Below are positions 38,636-49,420 of a stretch of DNA of 64,000 nucleotides, in pieces. Source of the DNA: an uncultured delta proteobacterium (GTDB lineage: Bacteria; Desulfobacterota; Desulfobacteria; Desulfobacterales; JAHEIW01). How positions within the stretch are numbered: the first letter of the stretch is position 1; every line of letters begins with the position of its first letter. The notes under the pieces were generated by a model. It had not been told where the DNA came from and made no database searches. It saw only the letters and a program-made list of their open reading frames with translations. The position numbers and the translations under genes were made by a program. The stretch is taken from the NCBI GenBank assembly GCA_963706575.1, contig CAVPNL010000004.1, positions 32,001 through 96,000 on the forward strand, in the 5' to 3' direction.

Positions 38636-41042
38636 CTAATTCCGCAAGGGTTTACCGGTGGTCAGCATATGATCAATGCGCGCCAGGGTCTTTTCTTCTT
38701 TCAAAAGTTCCAGAAAGGCTTCACGCTCGAGGGTCAAAATAACATCTTCGGCCACTTCTGAATTGTCCCGCACATCTCCGCCGCTGATGACATAGGCAAT
38801 CTTTTTGGCCAGAAAGGCATCATACTCGGAGATAAATTTGCCGCTTAGCATATTGGATATTTCGGCGTTCACCATGCCCTGGGCGGCCTGACCCAGCACT
38901 TTTATTTTCCTTCTGGGCGGCGGCGCATAGCCCTCGTCCACCATTTTTAGAACGTCTTTTTTGGCCTCACCGATGAGATAGTCTCGATTAAACACGATGC
39001 GATCGCGGGGCCCCAGGAAACCATTGGCCCGGGCATCAGCAGCCGATGTGGAAACTTTGGCCATGGCGATAGCCATAAATACCGGCAGAAAAAATTTGGC
39101 CAGATCAAAACCGGTCACCGCCTCCGGAACCGAACTTAAGAATTTTTTCATAAGGTTCAGGCAAGCCCCGCCGGCAGGGACCAAACCGACACCAATTTCG
39201 ACCTGTCCCATATACAGCTCGGCGTGAGCGACGATCTTATCCGCCGCCAGGCAAACCTCACACCCACCGCCGAGGGTCAATCCATAAGGGGCTGCGACCA
39301 CCGGAAAGCCGGCGTACCTGAGATCCTGAAGTCCGTATTGCAGATTTTTGACCATCAGATCGATGCCCGCATATTCGCCTTCCTTTACGGCAGCGGCCAC
39401 ATCGGCCAGATTGGCACCGGCTGAAAAGGCACCCGGCATCCCCCCGGCCTGATTGCCGATCACCAGACCGAGGCCTTCTTTATCGGTAAATTCTCTGGCT
39501 TCATGAACCGCTTCCACGATTTGCTGATTCAACGAATTCAGCTTGGTGTGAAACTCCAGGCAGAAAACGCCGTCATCCAGGTCGATGAGGCTGGCTGATT
39601 CAGATGTCTTGACGGCTTTGCCTTTAGCCTTCACAGCTGTCAGGTAAATAATGTTTTCGCTGATCACCTGTTCTTTGTAGCTTTCAGATTCAAAATCATA
39701 GTAAAACACCGTGCCGTTTTCCGTTTTGTAAAATGAAGTGTTGCCGGATTTGAGCATCTGCTGGATTTTTTGCGGCACATCAAATCCTTCTTTTTGCATG
39801 CGCTCGACAGCGGTTGCCAGACCGATGGCATCCCAGGTTTCAAACGGCCCCATCTCCAGATTAAAGCCCCAACTTCATGGCATTGTCGATATCCACAATG
39901 GTATCTGAAATTTCCGGAATCCGGTTGGCGGCATAAATCAGATTATTGGCGACCGCTTTCCAGGCAAATTTGGCGCCCTTGTCTTCACCATACACAACGG
40001 TCTGCATTTTTTGCGGCAGGGTCTTGGCTTTTCGCGCTGCCGCCAGACAGGGTAATTCCGGCGGTCGGGCCTCTTCATATTCAAGGGTTGCCGGATCGAT
40101 GACTTTGCGGATTTTCTGCCAGTCCGGTGTCAGGTCGGTTTTATAAAATCCGCTCTGACTTTTTTTGCCCAGTAAATTCTTATCGATCATGGTATTTACG
40201 AACTCCGGCAGAACAAAACTTTCACGGTCCTCATCATGAGCGATCATCTCATAGGTATTACTGGCCACATGGGCCAGGGTATCCAGCCCCACGATATCGG
40301 CTGTTTTAAACATACCGGTTCGGGGTCTGCCCATGACCGGTCCGAACAGGGCATCCACCTCCGGAATGCTGATCCCTTCCTCCAGCATCAGCTGCATCAC
40401 CTTCACCATGCCCTGCACACCGATTCGATTGCCGACAAAATTTGGGGTGTCTTTGGCCCACACAATTCCTTTGCCCAAAATTCGTTCCCCAAAGTCGGCC
40501 ATAAATTCAAGAATCTCGCTCAGGGTTTCTTCTCCGGGAATAATTTCAAGCAGCTTCATATATCTGACCGGATTAAAAAAGTGGGTTCCCAGAAAGTGCT
40601 GCTTAAATTCTTTGCCGCACCCTTTGGACATCGCCTTTAACGGGATGCCGGAGGTGTTCGTAGAAACGATGGTGTCTTTTTTGCGAACCGGCTCAATTCG
40701 CTTTAAAAGATCCTGTTTAATCTTTAAGTTTTCAACGACGACCTCGACAATCCAGTCGCAATCGGCAATCTTTTCAAAATCATCTTCCAGATTGCCAATG
40801 GTAATGCGTTCCGCATCCCGGGGGGACATAAAAAGCGCCGGTTGGATCGCCAACGCGGCATCCAGACCGGCCTTCACGATTCGGTTGCGTGTCAGCGGAT
40901 CCTTTTTTTCTTCCGCCTTTAAATTCGCCGGCACGATATCCAGCAAAAGTGTTTTTATGCCGGCCCCGGCCAGCAAGGCGGCGATACCGCCCCCCATAAT
41001 TCCTGAACCGATGACAGCGGCAGATTGAATCTTCCTTGGCAT
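38636..41042 (-). CDS. fadN: 3-hydroxyacyl-CoA dehydrogenase / enoyl-CoA hydratase (FadN type), one +1 frameshift near 39866
   Basis: GSGIMGGGIA, EVVVE, NTSG, HFFNP; the C-terminal part has FSAGANL, LGGGCEV, GKPLRN. Removing one T restores MK-WGFNLEMGPFETWD. Confidence 0.9.
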
Positions 41043-41075
41043 AATGGCCTCCTCGTCAATAGTGGGCAAGTTTAA

Positions 41076-41093
41076 TGAATGAATATTCATTCA
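41076..41093. promoter_or_regulatory. Perfect 18-bp palindromic operator, FadR(YsiA)/TetR type
   Basis: TGAATGAATATTCATTCA between a minus-strand TTGACA (41116-41121) and the fadN RBS. Confidence 0.75.
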
Positions 41094-41370
41094 CTTATCA
41101 AAGACATTATTTGCCTGTCAAGCAAAAAACCACATCGCTTCAAAATAGAAGGATGTGTTTATAATATATAATTTCAAATAATTATATAAATAAGTATCTT
41201 GGAAACCAATAATAAGAAAATTAGAATGGATTTATAAGAAAAATGATAAAAGTGAATAATCATTCAATTAGGCGCATTGGTATGATTTTCAAAGGTCGTG
41301 TGGTTGCTGTGGAAAACAGAAAATAAGGGTTAACATTTTAGTAGAAGTGGTCTCAAAACACCAGATCAGG

Positions 41371-42108
41371 TTATTGCTTAGGGCCGAACAACTGGATCTT
41401 CTTCGGTTTGTCAGCAGGAGGCGTCGCCGTGTTGGCCGCGGTTGCTGTCGGTTTTTTGGCCGATTTGACAGCCGATATCTGATCCGATCGGGCGACCATC
41501 GACTTGCGGGTTTTTAACAAGCTCGCAGGAATATATATTTCGTCGCCGACCAGCAAAAAATTCGGATCAATGTCCGGATTGGCTTTGGCAATGGCCTTAC
41601 GGTTTTCCGCATTCCCGGTGTACCACTGGGCGATGGCGCTAAATTTTTCGCCCGATCGGGTCACCGTATGCGCAAAATACCCCGGAAGGGTTTTGGAGAC
41701 CACTTTGCGGGGCAACGGTTTTTTGGTTTTCATCATTTGCGGCGGAATGTTGATGATATCTCCAACCGCAATTCGATTCGGATTGAGGCCTGGATTTGCC
41801 TGGGCAATCGCTTTCCAGTTCGCATAGCTCCCCGTATACCATCCTGCAATCAAGGACAGCGTCTCTCCGGGCCATTTTACCCGGTGCTCAAAATAATTAA
41901 TTCGCTGAGGCTCAATGGCTGTTTCCTCATCTTCGGAAGGTGAAAATTTGGAACCCACCGCCTGCCATTTTTCTTTAAGCCAGTTTTTAGAAGCCGCGTA
42001 TTTTTGGTTGGCAGTCGTTTCTTTAGTGCCGGCACAGCCAAACAGCATCACCATGATCACCCCGCCAATGATGCAATTTCGAACCCGGTTTCTGACTAAA
42101 AACTCCAT
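41371..42108 (-). CDS. LysM-domain lipoprotein (two LysM-like repeats)
   Basis: Lipobox MLFG-C; HRVKWPGETLSLIAGWYTG...IAQANPGLNPNRI.VGD.I.IP present twice. Confidence 0.85.
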   Translation of the reverse strand: MEFLVRNRVRNCIIGGVIMVMLFGCAGTKETTANQKYAASKNWLKEKWQAVGSKFSPSEDEETAIEPQRINYFEHRVKWPGETLSLIAGWYTGSYANWKAIAQANPGLNPNRIAVGDIINIPPQMMKTKKPLPRKVVSKTLPGYFAHTVTRSGEKFSAIAQWYTGNAENRKAIAKANPDIDPNFLLVGDEIYIPASLLKTRKSMVARSDQISAVKSAKKPTATAANTATPPADKPKKIQLFGPKQ

Positions 42109-42113
42109 GGGAT

Positions 42114-43916
42114 TTACTCCTTTTGTCTCGTTATTTGATTTAAATAGGCCACGGCTGGCGCATTGTCAGGATTGATTTCAATAGCCCGTTTGAGGCTCTT
42201 TAAGCATTGGCGGCGTTCGCCCAGCAGCTCCTGAACCATGGCAAGATTAAAAAGGGCTTCATCCAGAAAAGCAGGCTCCATTTGGACCACCCGCGCATAC
42301 ATCTCCTTGGCCCTGGTATAATTTTCAGTGACCGCATAAATATATCCAAGGTTAAAAAAGGCATTCGGCAGCTGGGGTTCGAGCTCGGCGACCTTCTGAT
42401 AAGTATCGAGGGCCTGCGGATAATTGTTATCACGCAGGTAAATGAACCCGAGTTTGGACAGTACCGGCAAGCTGGTGGGCTTTATATCCAGTGCCTTGAG
42501 CAACAAGCCCTTCGCAAATTCCTTATCCGTTGAGATCATCTCTTCGGCCAGACCCCGCAATGCTTCGACGTAGGCATCTGATAATCCATTGATGGCGGAT
42601 TTATCATCGGCTAAAACCGTTTCAAATAACGCCACTGCTGAAGAAAATTGTCTGGCTTCAAGCGCGTCACGGGCGGCTTTAAGTTGGTCAGCAATCGTAT
42701 CGACATGCGGTGGCGTCAATTCAATCGAATAGGCCGCAACGGATCGGTCTGATGGTGTAAACGGCAGTTCGGCCAGACTGAGATTAAACACAAGACCAAT
42801 GAGGGCCATAGCGGCCAGCGGCATAAAACGCCAGATGTTGCGCCGAAGTAACTTCCATTTTCCGGGAGCGGCAAGAAAAACGGTGCTTCCGTATGTTCCC
42901 TCAGCGTCAGGTGTCAGGCTGCCCGGATCGGATCGCTCATCACCGTAAACCTGTGTTTTTTCCCATAATGCGGTTTCTTCTACGGCCAATTCTTCCTTAA
43001 AAAATTCTTTGACAAAATTGGCAAAACTTCTGCCGTTCGTCCGGACAGACAGCTCAAAAATGCATTCTTCCAGATCGGCGAGCATTTCCCCGCAGGTTTG
43101 ATAGCGCTGATCGGGATCCTTTGCCAGGGCCCCTTCCACAACCTCATGAATTTTTGCGGGAAGATCCGGCAACAGCTTGTCCAGCGGTTCATATTGGGCT
43201 TTACGCACCTTGGAATAAACCTGCATGGTTTCACCTTCGAACATTCGCCGTCCGGCCAGAAGTTCATAAAATATAATCCCGGTTGAAAAAATGTCGGACC
43301 GGTGATCAATGGTTTTGCCGGTGGCCTGCTCCGGTGACATATAGGCCAGTTTGCCTTTGATCAAACCCTCGTGAGTGGTGCTGTTGTGGCTGGCGGCCTT
43401 GGCGATGCCGAAATCAATAATTTTCACCTGACCTTCATAGGTCAAAAAAATATTTTGAGGATTGATATCACGATGGATGATATTTAGCGGCTTGCCCTGC
43501 AGGTCTTTTAAATTGTGCGAATAATCAAGCCCGGCACAGATACGCGAAATGATATAAAGGGTATTTTCCAGGCCCAGGGGCATGGCGGTTTTTCTGGCCT
43601 TACGGGTCAGCTTGCGCAGGTCCTTGCCAAAAAGGTATTCCATGGCGATAAAGTATTCGTCATCGATGCTGCCGAAATCGTAAATCTGGACAATGTTTTC
43701 ATGCTGAAGCAGTGCCGCAAGCTTGGCCTCATCAATAAAGGCCTTCACCAGGTTGCCCTGATCGGTGAGGTGCGGCAATATCTTTTTTATGGCGACCTGT
43801 TTTTCAAAACCATGCGCCCGGGTGACCTTGGAACGATACAGTTCGGCCATACCGCCCACAGCAATTTTCTGCAGCAGCTGATATTTACCGAATTTTTTAT
43901 GCTCGAAGTCTTTCAT
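42114..43916 (-). CDS. Hanks-type Ser/Thr protein kinase with transmembrane helix and C-terminal TPR repeats
   Basis: IAVGGMAELY, VAIKK, HRDINPQN, DFGIAK, YMSPEQ, DIFSTG; TM FMPLAAMALIGLVFNLSL; TPR-like AFFNLG repeats. Confidence 0.93.
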   Translation of the reverse strand: MKDFEHKKFGKYQLLQKIAVGGMAELYRSKVTRAHGFEKQVAIKKILPHLTDQGNLVKAFIDEAKLAALLQHENIVQIYDFGSIDDEYFIAMEYLFGKDLRKLTRKARKTAMPLGLENTLYIISRICAGLDYSHNLKDLQGKPLNIIHRDINPQNIFLTYEGQVKIIDFGIAKAASHNSTTHEGLIKGKLAYMSPEQATGKTIDHRSDIFSTGIIFYELLAGRRMFEGETMQVYSKVRKAQYEPLDKLLPDLPAKIHEVVEGALAKDPDQRYQTCGEMLADLEECIFELSVRTNGRSFANFVKEFFKEELAVEETALWEKTQVYGDERSDPGSLTPDAEGTYGSTVFLAAPGKWKLLRRNIWRFMPLAAMALIGLVFNLSLAELPFTPSDRSVAAYSIELTPPHVDTIADQLKAARDALEARQFSSAVALFETVLADDKSAINGLSDAYVEALRGLAEEMISTDKEFAKGLLLKALDIKPTSLPVLSKLGFIYLRDNNYPQALDTYQKVAELEPQLPNAFFNLGYIYAVTENYTRAKEMYARVVQMEPAFLDEALFNLAMVQELLGERRQCLKSLKRAIEINPDNAPAVAYLNQITRQKE

Positions 43917-44033
43917 TGGCTAGTTGATATATCGGCAATTCGGGGAGGATACTTGAGAATGGATTTTTGAATAATGACGCGAATTTGGATAAGCCAGGCA
44001 GGCTTGGACGACTGAATGTTGAAATAGAACTAA

Positions 44034-44122
44034 TTATCCACAGATTACGCAGATTGCACAGGTTAAAAAAGAGATATTTATGATGTTGATCAATAATCTG
44101 TGTGAATCTGTGTAATCTGCGG
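44034..44122. repeat. Nonamer (CAGATTACG/GTAATCTG) inverted repeat element
   Basis: TCCACAGATTACGCAGATTGCACAG...AATCTGTGTGAATCTGTGTAATCTGCGG; related copy at 61154-61238. Confidence 0.7.
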
Positions 44123-44307
44123 CAGTATTGTTATTTTGCATCTCGGCACGAATTCGTGGCTGGCCTGCGACGAGCTCAGCCGAGTCGAAGCCACTCCCAC
44201 ATTTCATTTTCAGCAGTGGGATCCCGATCAGCAGGAGATATGATCTGGTATTTTGCGCCAGATTCCAACAGCGCCCTCGGACAGGAAGCATTGTTTTTAG
44301 GCCATTT

Positions 44308-45834
44308 TTAGATTTTGTAGAGCAAATCGATATATCTCTCCAGCAGATTGCCCACAACGCTGCGGACCGGCAGATTGGCTGCCAAGCCGTAAATGGGTGC
44401 CATGCGGCTGTCAGCGTCCGGATGATTGCGGACCATGTCGACGCCGGCTTTTAAATCGTCGATAAATCGTTCGGCCACACCGGGCTGGGTGTGTCTCAGC
44501 GTTACGCAAAGATGCACACAAGAGGGATGGTGCAGACCGTTAAGGCTCCATTTTCTGGATGTCAGATAATCCATCACCCGGTAGATATCCAGTGTTTTGG
44601 AACCAAAAGCGATGACCCACAGCGGATCGCCCAATATGTGAAGATCGGAAATATCTTGAATTCCCTTTTTGATTTTTGAGGCGGTTTCAAGTATTTTCCG
44701 ACTGGCCGTCAGGTAACCGCTTTTTCCGGTTTTGACCATGGCCGCCCAGCAAGCGGCACTCAGGGCACCGGGACGACTGCCCGCAAAGGTCGGCGAAAAA
44801 TAAAGCCCTCCGGGCCAATCGGTTGATGTAAAATACTGATAACGTCTCAGTTCCGGGCCCCGATACAAAATCACAGAGGTCCCTTTGGCCGCATATCCAT
44901 ATTTATGCGTATCTGCCGAAATTGACGTCACCCCGGGCAGTCTGAAATCAAATAGCGGCACTTCATAGCCGAGCTTTTCCGCCCAGGGCAAAACAAAACC
45001 GCCTAGGCAGGCATCGGTGTGAAACCCAATTCCCTTTTCTCTGGCCACCTCGGACAGCGCCTCAATCGGATCCACCATCCCGTGGGGAAACGAAGGCGCC
45101 GATCCGACCAATACAACAGAATTGCGAGTGACCGCATTGCGGGCTGCTGCTACATCCGCCCGGTAATCGGCGTCCACCGGTATGCGTTTGATTTTGATCT
45201 TGAAGTATTCCGCTGCCTTATCAAAGGCGGCATGGGCGGTGATCGGAAGGATCATCTCGGGCCGTGTGATCTTTTTTTGGTCCCGGGCCCAATCCCGGTA
45301 AGTTTTCATTGCCAGCAGAATACTTTCGGTTCCTCCCGACGACACTACCCCGCAGACTTTCTGATCCTTACCCGATTCGGCTGCAGCCGTATCGGCCCCC
45401 AGCATTTTGGCCGTCATGGACACAATTTCAGATTCGTATTTGGCACTGCTGGGCCACAGATCGGAGTGCAGGGGATTGCTCTGGGAATTCAGCGCGTAGA
45501 TCTGATTTAAAAACTGGATGTGGGCCTCATCACCGTGGTATACAGCACCGGAGGCGTATCCTTCTTTCCATTTGGCCTGCTCCAGATCAGACAGGGCCTG
45601 CATGTCTTTGAGGATATCGGATTGATCGCAGCCGATATCCGGTAATTCGGCCCAGGTGTCAAAATGGCCCCGGTAGGGTTTGACGACCCCTTCGAGCTCA
45701 TTGATGAGGGTTTCAAATTCTTTCTCAACCTTTTGTTTCACGGCAGGTATATGTTTGATGCGATTGTAGAACCAGGTCGCCATTCGGGGGTTGATTTTAC
45801 CAAGAAAACTTTCGCTAATTTTCTGAATATCCAT
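44308..45834 (-). CDS. Sphingosine-1-phosphate-lyase-like PLP enzyme (group II decarboxylase fold)
   Basis: [52 protein letters not shown] (PLP Lys), [17 protein letters not shown]. Confidence 0.88.
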   Translation of the reverse strand: MDIQKISESFLGKINPRMATWFYNRIKHIPAVKQKVEKEFETLINELEGVVKPYRGHFDTWAELPDIGCDQSDILKDMQALSDLEQAKWKEGYASGAVYHGDEAHIQFLNQIYALNSQSNPLHSDLWPSSAKYESEIVSMTAKMLGADTAAAESGKDQKVCGVVSSGGTESILLAMKTYRDWARDQKKITRPEMILPITAHAAFDKAAEYFKIKIKRIPVDADYRADVAAARNAVTRNSVVLVGSAPSFPHGMVDPIEALSEVAREKGIGFHTDACLGGFVLPWAEKLGYEVPLFDFRLPGVTSISADTHKYGYAAKGTSVILYRGPELRRYQYFTSTDWPGGLYFSPTFAGSRPGALSAACWAAMVKTGKSGYLTASRKILETASKIKKGIQDISDLHILGDPLWVIAFGSKTLDIYRVMDYLTSRKWSLNGLHHPSCVHLCVTLRHTQPGVAERFIDDLKAGVDMVRNHPDADSRMAPIYGLAANLPVRSVVGNLLERYIDLLYKI

Positions 45835-45882
45835 TCATCCTCCCCAACTCCATCCCACCCTGTTGCTCAAATGGTGAGCAAT

Positions 45883-46027
45883 TAGAACCTATCTCAAAAA
45901 TAGGATTTTGGTCCAAGATCTCGGCGGGGCCTAGTTTTTAACCGGAGGCATACTGCTGTATGTCGAGGATTAGAAACGCGGAACCAACAAAGATATTGGG
46001 CCAAAAGACATTTTTGAGATGGGTTCT
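45883..46027. mobile_element. ~145-bp MITE-like palindromic element
   Basis: TIRs AGAACCTATCTCAAAAA / TTTTTGAGATGGGTTCT with internal pairings TTTTGGTCCAA/TTGGGCCAAAA and CATAC/GTATG. Confidence 0.7.
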
Positions 46028-46032
46028 GGCCG

Positions 46033-47625
46033 TCAGGTACGGTTGAGCCGTTTGAAAATCGGTTTGTTGCGTTTATAAAGCGTTAGAAATTGGCGGTATA
46101 ACCGATCATAGAGGTTGCGGTTTTTCGGATCCGGTTGATAGGTTCGCGCAATTTCAACATGATCGGCAATGTCATCGACCGACAGGTAACCCATTGAAAT
46201 GGAGGCCAGAAACGCGGCACCGCGTAAATTGGCCTGGATGGGATCTTTGACCTGCTTGATGGTGCGATCGAAAACATCTGCAAAAATTTGACACCAGACA
46301 TTGGAATTGGCACCCCCACCGATAAAATGGATGGGGTCCAGTCGTCGTTTAATGAACTTTTCCAGGTACCCCAGCAACCACCTTGAATTATACGCCACGC
46401 CTTCGAAAATCGCTCTGATTAGATGCTCACGGGTCGTGCTTAACGAAAGATTAAAAATACCCGAACGAACCGAATCGTTTTCGACGGGCGTGCGCTCACC
46501 ATAAAGCCAGGGCATAAAAATCACGTTGTTGCTCCCGGCCGGCGTATTTTCTGCAATCTCATCAAAAATCTTGTAAACATCCGGCAGACTGGACTCCACC
46601 AGCAGGCGATCTTTATGATACAAAATATTGTCTCTTAAGAAGGTCAGGCAGGCACCCGCGGTTTCCTGCTCATTGGCGATAAAATAACGCTCCGGAATCG
46701 CCGAAGGCAGCGCCGCCATATTGTGAAACAGATCGGTTTTTTTAAATGGCACGTGGCAGGTGATCCAGGAGGATGTCCCCACGTAAAGATGCCCCTCGAA
46801 ATCTCTGACAGCGCCGGAGCCGACGGCGGCACCGGGGAGATCCGGTGTGCCGGTTATCACGGGAGTGTTTTCAGCGAGTCCCAATTCTTGGGCGACTTCT
46901 TTTTTTAGCGGGCCCAGTATGTCAACCGCACGCCTAAGATCGGGGAATTTATCGCGGGGAACGCCACAGAGTCGAAGGAGCCGGTCATCGTAGTCAACTT
47001 TGGCCAGGTTGCGATTATCGGTTATCCAGTGGAGGGCAATTGAATCGAAGGAGGCGGCGAATTTGCCGGTGAATTTCAGATTAATATAATCCTTGGGCTC
47101 CAGGAATTTGTAGGTCTGCTGATAGCGTTCAGGGTGTTCGTGTTTTAAAAAGAGGATATGGGCAATCGGGTCCTTGCCGGCGTGACCAGGCACACCGCCG
47201 GTTAAACTCAACCAACGTCTCAGTTTATGGATGCCGTAACCCGCGATATTGATCAAGCCGCTTGTGGTTTTTTCAATGTATCGGCTGCCGCGGGTATCCA
47301 TCCATATGATAGCATTGGTCAGGGCATTGCCGTCTCGATCGACTGCCACAGTTCCGGACCATTGGGTGGTGCAGCTTACGCACACAATATCTTTGGCTGC
47401 CACCCTTTTTTTGTTGAGAACCCGTTTAACGGTGTTGATGATGGCCTGCCACCACTGATCCGGATCTTGCTCGGCGCCGCCATTCGGCAGGATAAGCAGA
47501 TCGATGCTTTCAAATTCATAATCAACTACCTCACCGCGAGTGGAAACCAGTGCTGATTTTGGCCCGGAGGTTCCCAGGTCAATGGCCAGAATATATTTAT
47601 CAGTAGCGGCTTTCTTTTTACCCAA
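46033..47625 (-). CDS. FGGY-family carbohydrate kinase (xylulokinase-like)
   Basis: LAIDLGTSGPK, EQDPDQWW, WMDTR, YVGTSSW, PWLYGERTP, RAIFEGVA, GGGANS. Confidence 0.92.
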   Translation of the reverse strand: MGKKKAATDKYILAIDLGTSGPKSALVSTRGEVVDYEFESIDLLILPNGGAEQDPDQWWQAIINTVKRVLNKKRVAAKDIVCVSCTTQWSGTVAVDRDGNALTNAIIWMDTRGSRYIEKTTSGLINIAGYGIHKLRRWLSLTGGVPGHAGKDPIAHILFLKHEHPERYQQTYKFLEPKDYINLKFTGKFAASFDSIALHWITDNRNLAKVDYDDRLLRLCGVPRDKFPDLRRAVDILGPLKKEVAQELGLAENTPVITGTPDLPGAAVGSGAVRDFEGHLYVGTSSWITCHVPFKKTDLFHNMAALPSAIPERYFIANEQETAGACLTFLRDNILYHKDRLLVESSLPDVYKIFDEIAENTPAGSNNVIFMPWLYGERTPVENDSVRSGIFNLSLSTTREHLIRAIFEGVAYNSRWLLGYLEKFIKRRLDPIHFIGGGANSNVWCQIFADVFDRTIKQVKDPIQANLRGAAFLASISMGYLSVDDIADHVEIARTYQPDPKNRNLYDRLYRQFLTLYKRNKPIFKRLNRT

Positions 47626-47690
47626 TTGATTTTCAACCCGATGTTAAGCGATCCCGTTATAAAGCTTAAAGAATTAAGGTCCGCTCTATT

Positions 47691-47813
47691 TGGAATATTG
47701 GAATGATGGAGTAATGGAAAGATGGGTTCCGGGACAATGGAAGAATGTTTTAATAGAATGAGAAACAGAGAGCATCCTTATAACATCAACATTCCACTAT
47801 TCCATTATTCCAT
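47691..47813. repeat. Octamer (TGGAATAA/TTATTCCA) inverted repeat element
   Basis: TGGAATATTGGAATGATGGAGTAATGG...CATTCCACTATTCCATTATTCCA. Confidence 0.6.
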
Positions 47814-47895
47814 TTCCGCAATAAATTCGAAAGCCTTGAAGAAGTGCGAATTCTCGTCAAACGGTATAAATTACGCAACGGCAATCCAGAAGGAT

Positions 47896-49239
47896 TTACC
47901 TGCCTACCGCTCGAGCCGGCCGTTCGCTGAAATCGGCATTCTCCTTGAGCTTCTCCTTGCGCACACGGTTGAATTTTTCGGCTACGGCTGTAAAAGCATT
48001 AACGATCTCCGGATCGAAGTGTTTGCCCTTTAACGCTATGATCATATCCCTGGCTTTACCGTGGGAATAAGCATTTTTGTAAAATCGCTTGGTCGTCAGC
48101 GCATCATAAACATCTGCCAATGCAATGATACGGGCAGACAAAGGGATGGCTTCTCCTTTTAGTCCCCTCGGATAGCCGGACCCATCCCATTTTTCATGAT
48201 GGTTGTAGGCAATTTCTTTTCCCATCGCCAAAAAGGATTTTCCCTCGATCTGCGATTCGATGGCCTGTAGCGCATTACCACCCATTAAGGTGTGGCGTTT
48301 GATGATTTCAAACTCTTTTTCTGTGAGCTCTCCGGGCTTTAGCAATAACGCATCCGGTGTACCGACTTTTCCAATATCGTGCAAAATCGAAGACTGGTAA
48401 ATGTCGTCAATGTATTGCTGATCGATGAGGCCTTTAAATTTGTAGCTCTTTGCCAGTTGCACCGTAAGGATTCTGGCATACTCCCGGATTCTTTCAAGGT
48501 GTGTGCCGGTCCCTTCATCTCTGTATTCGGCAAGCTTGGCAAGACCCAGGATTGTTGCGGCTCGCGCTTCCTGTACTTTGCGGTAAGATTCCAATAAATC
48601 CATTTCCATTTTTTTCTTTTCGGTCCGGTCGCGCAGTACCCCGCGATATCCGGTTGGCTGGCCTTTTGAATCCCGCAGCAGGGACGCCGACGCTTCGATA
48701 TGCCGGATGTTGCCATCGATATTAAATTCACAGTCAAAGGCTTTAGCCGGCTCGCCGGTGCGCCGGCATTCCGAAAAAATTTCATATATCCTTCCGCCAT
48801 TCTCATCGTCCATAAAATCCCAAAAATTCATAAACCTTAAATCAACCTTGGAGACGCCTAAAATTTTGCTCAACGAATCATTTACAAAGATGAAATAGCC
48901 CTCAAAATCGACCTCATAGTAACCTTCTTCAATGCTTTCCAGAATGGTTCGGTATTTTTCCTCGCTTTCTTTTAAAGCTTCCAGCGCTTTTTTGCGTTCA
49001 TTAATGGTAAACTGGACGTGGGAGCCAAACATCAGGAACAGACAAAATACAATTAGGCGCGGCCAGACCTCGCTGATATTCGGCCCGAATATTTCTTGAT
49101 AGAAACTGATTTCTTCCGGAGAAAAAACGTTTAGCAGGGACTCCAGGGCCCAGTATAAAGCCCCCAGAAAGATTCCGGTCAGGACCATATAATCGGCCAT
49201 ATCAACCCGGTTTTGGAAAAGTTTTTTGAATTTATTCAT
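47896..49239 (-). CDS. Membrane PAS-HD-GYP c-di-GMP phosphodiesterase
   Basis: Two N-terminal TM helices, PAS (EEKYRTILE), HLERI, LHDIGK, HHEKWDGSGYP, ADVYDAL. Confidence 0.92.
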   Translation of the reverse strand: MNKFKKLFQNRVDMADYMVLTGIFLGALYWALESLLNVFSPEEISFYQEIFGPNISEVWPRLIVFCLFLMFGSHVQFTINERKKALEALKESEEKYRTILESIEEGYYEVDFEGYFIFVNDSLSKILGVSKVDLRFMNFWDFMDDENGGRIYEIFSECRRTGEPAKAFDCEFNIDGNIRHIEASASLLRDSKGQPTGYRGVLRDRTEKKKMEMDLLESYRKVQEARAATILGLAKLAEYRDEGTGTHLERIREYARILTVQLAKSYKFKGLIDQQYIDDIYQSSILHDIGKVGTPDALLLKPGELTEKEFEIIKRHTLMGGNALQAIESQIEGKSFLAMGKEIAYNHHEKWDGSGYPRGLKGEAIPLSARIIALADVYDALTTKRFYKNAYSHGKARDMIIALKGKHFDPEIVNAFTAVAEKFNRVRKEKLKENADFSERPARAVGR

Positions 49240-49420
49240 GGAGTCGCTTCCCAAAGAAACGAAATCTTTAATAACGGCTGCAAAAACGAGAAGTTGTTTC
49301 CAAGGATATTTTTGAAATGGCTTCTACAAAAGTTGACGGTTTGGGCACTATTTGATAAAATTTTAGCATCAGACAATAGCGGCGTGGCCATGTTTTTAAC
49401 TGAATAAATAAGGTAATATA

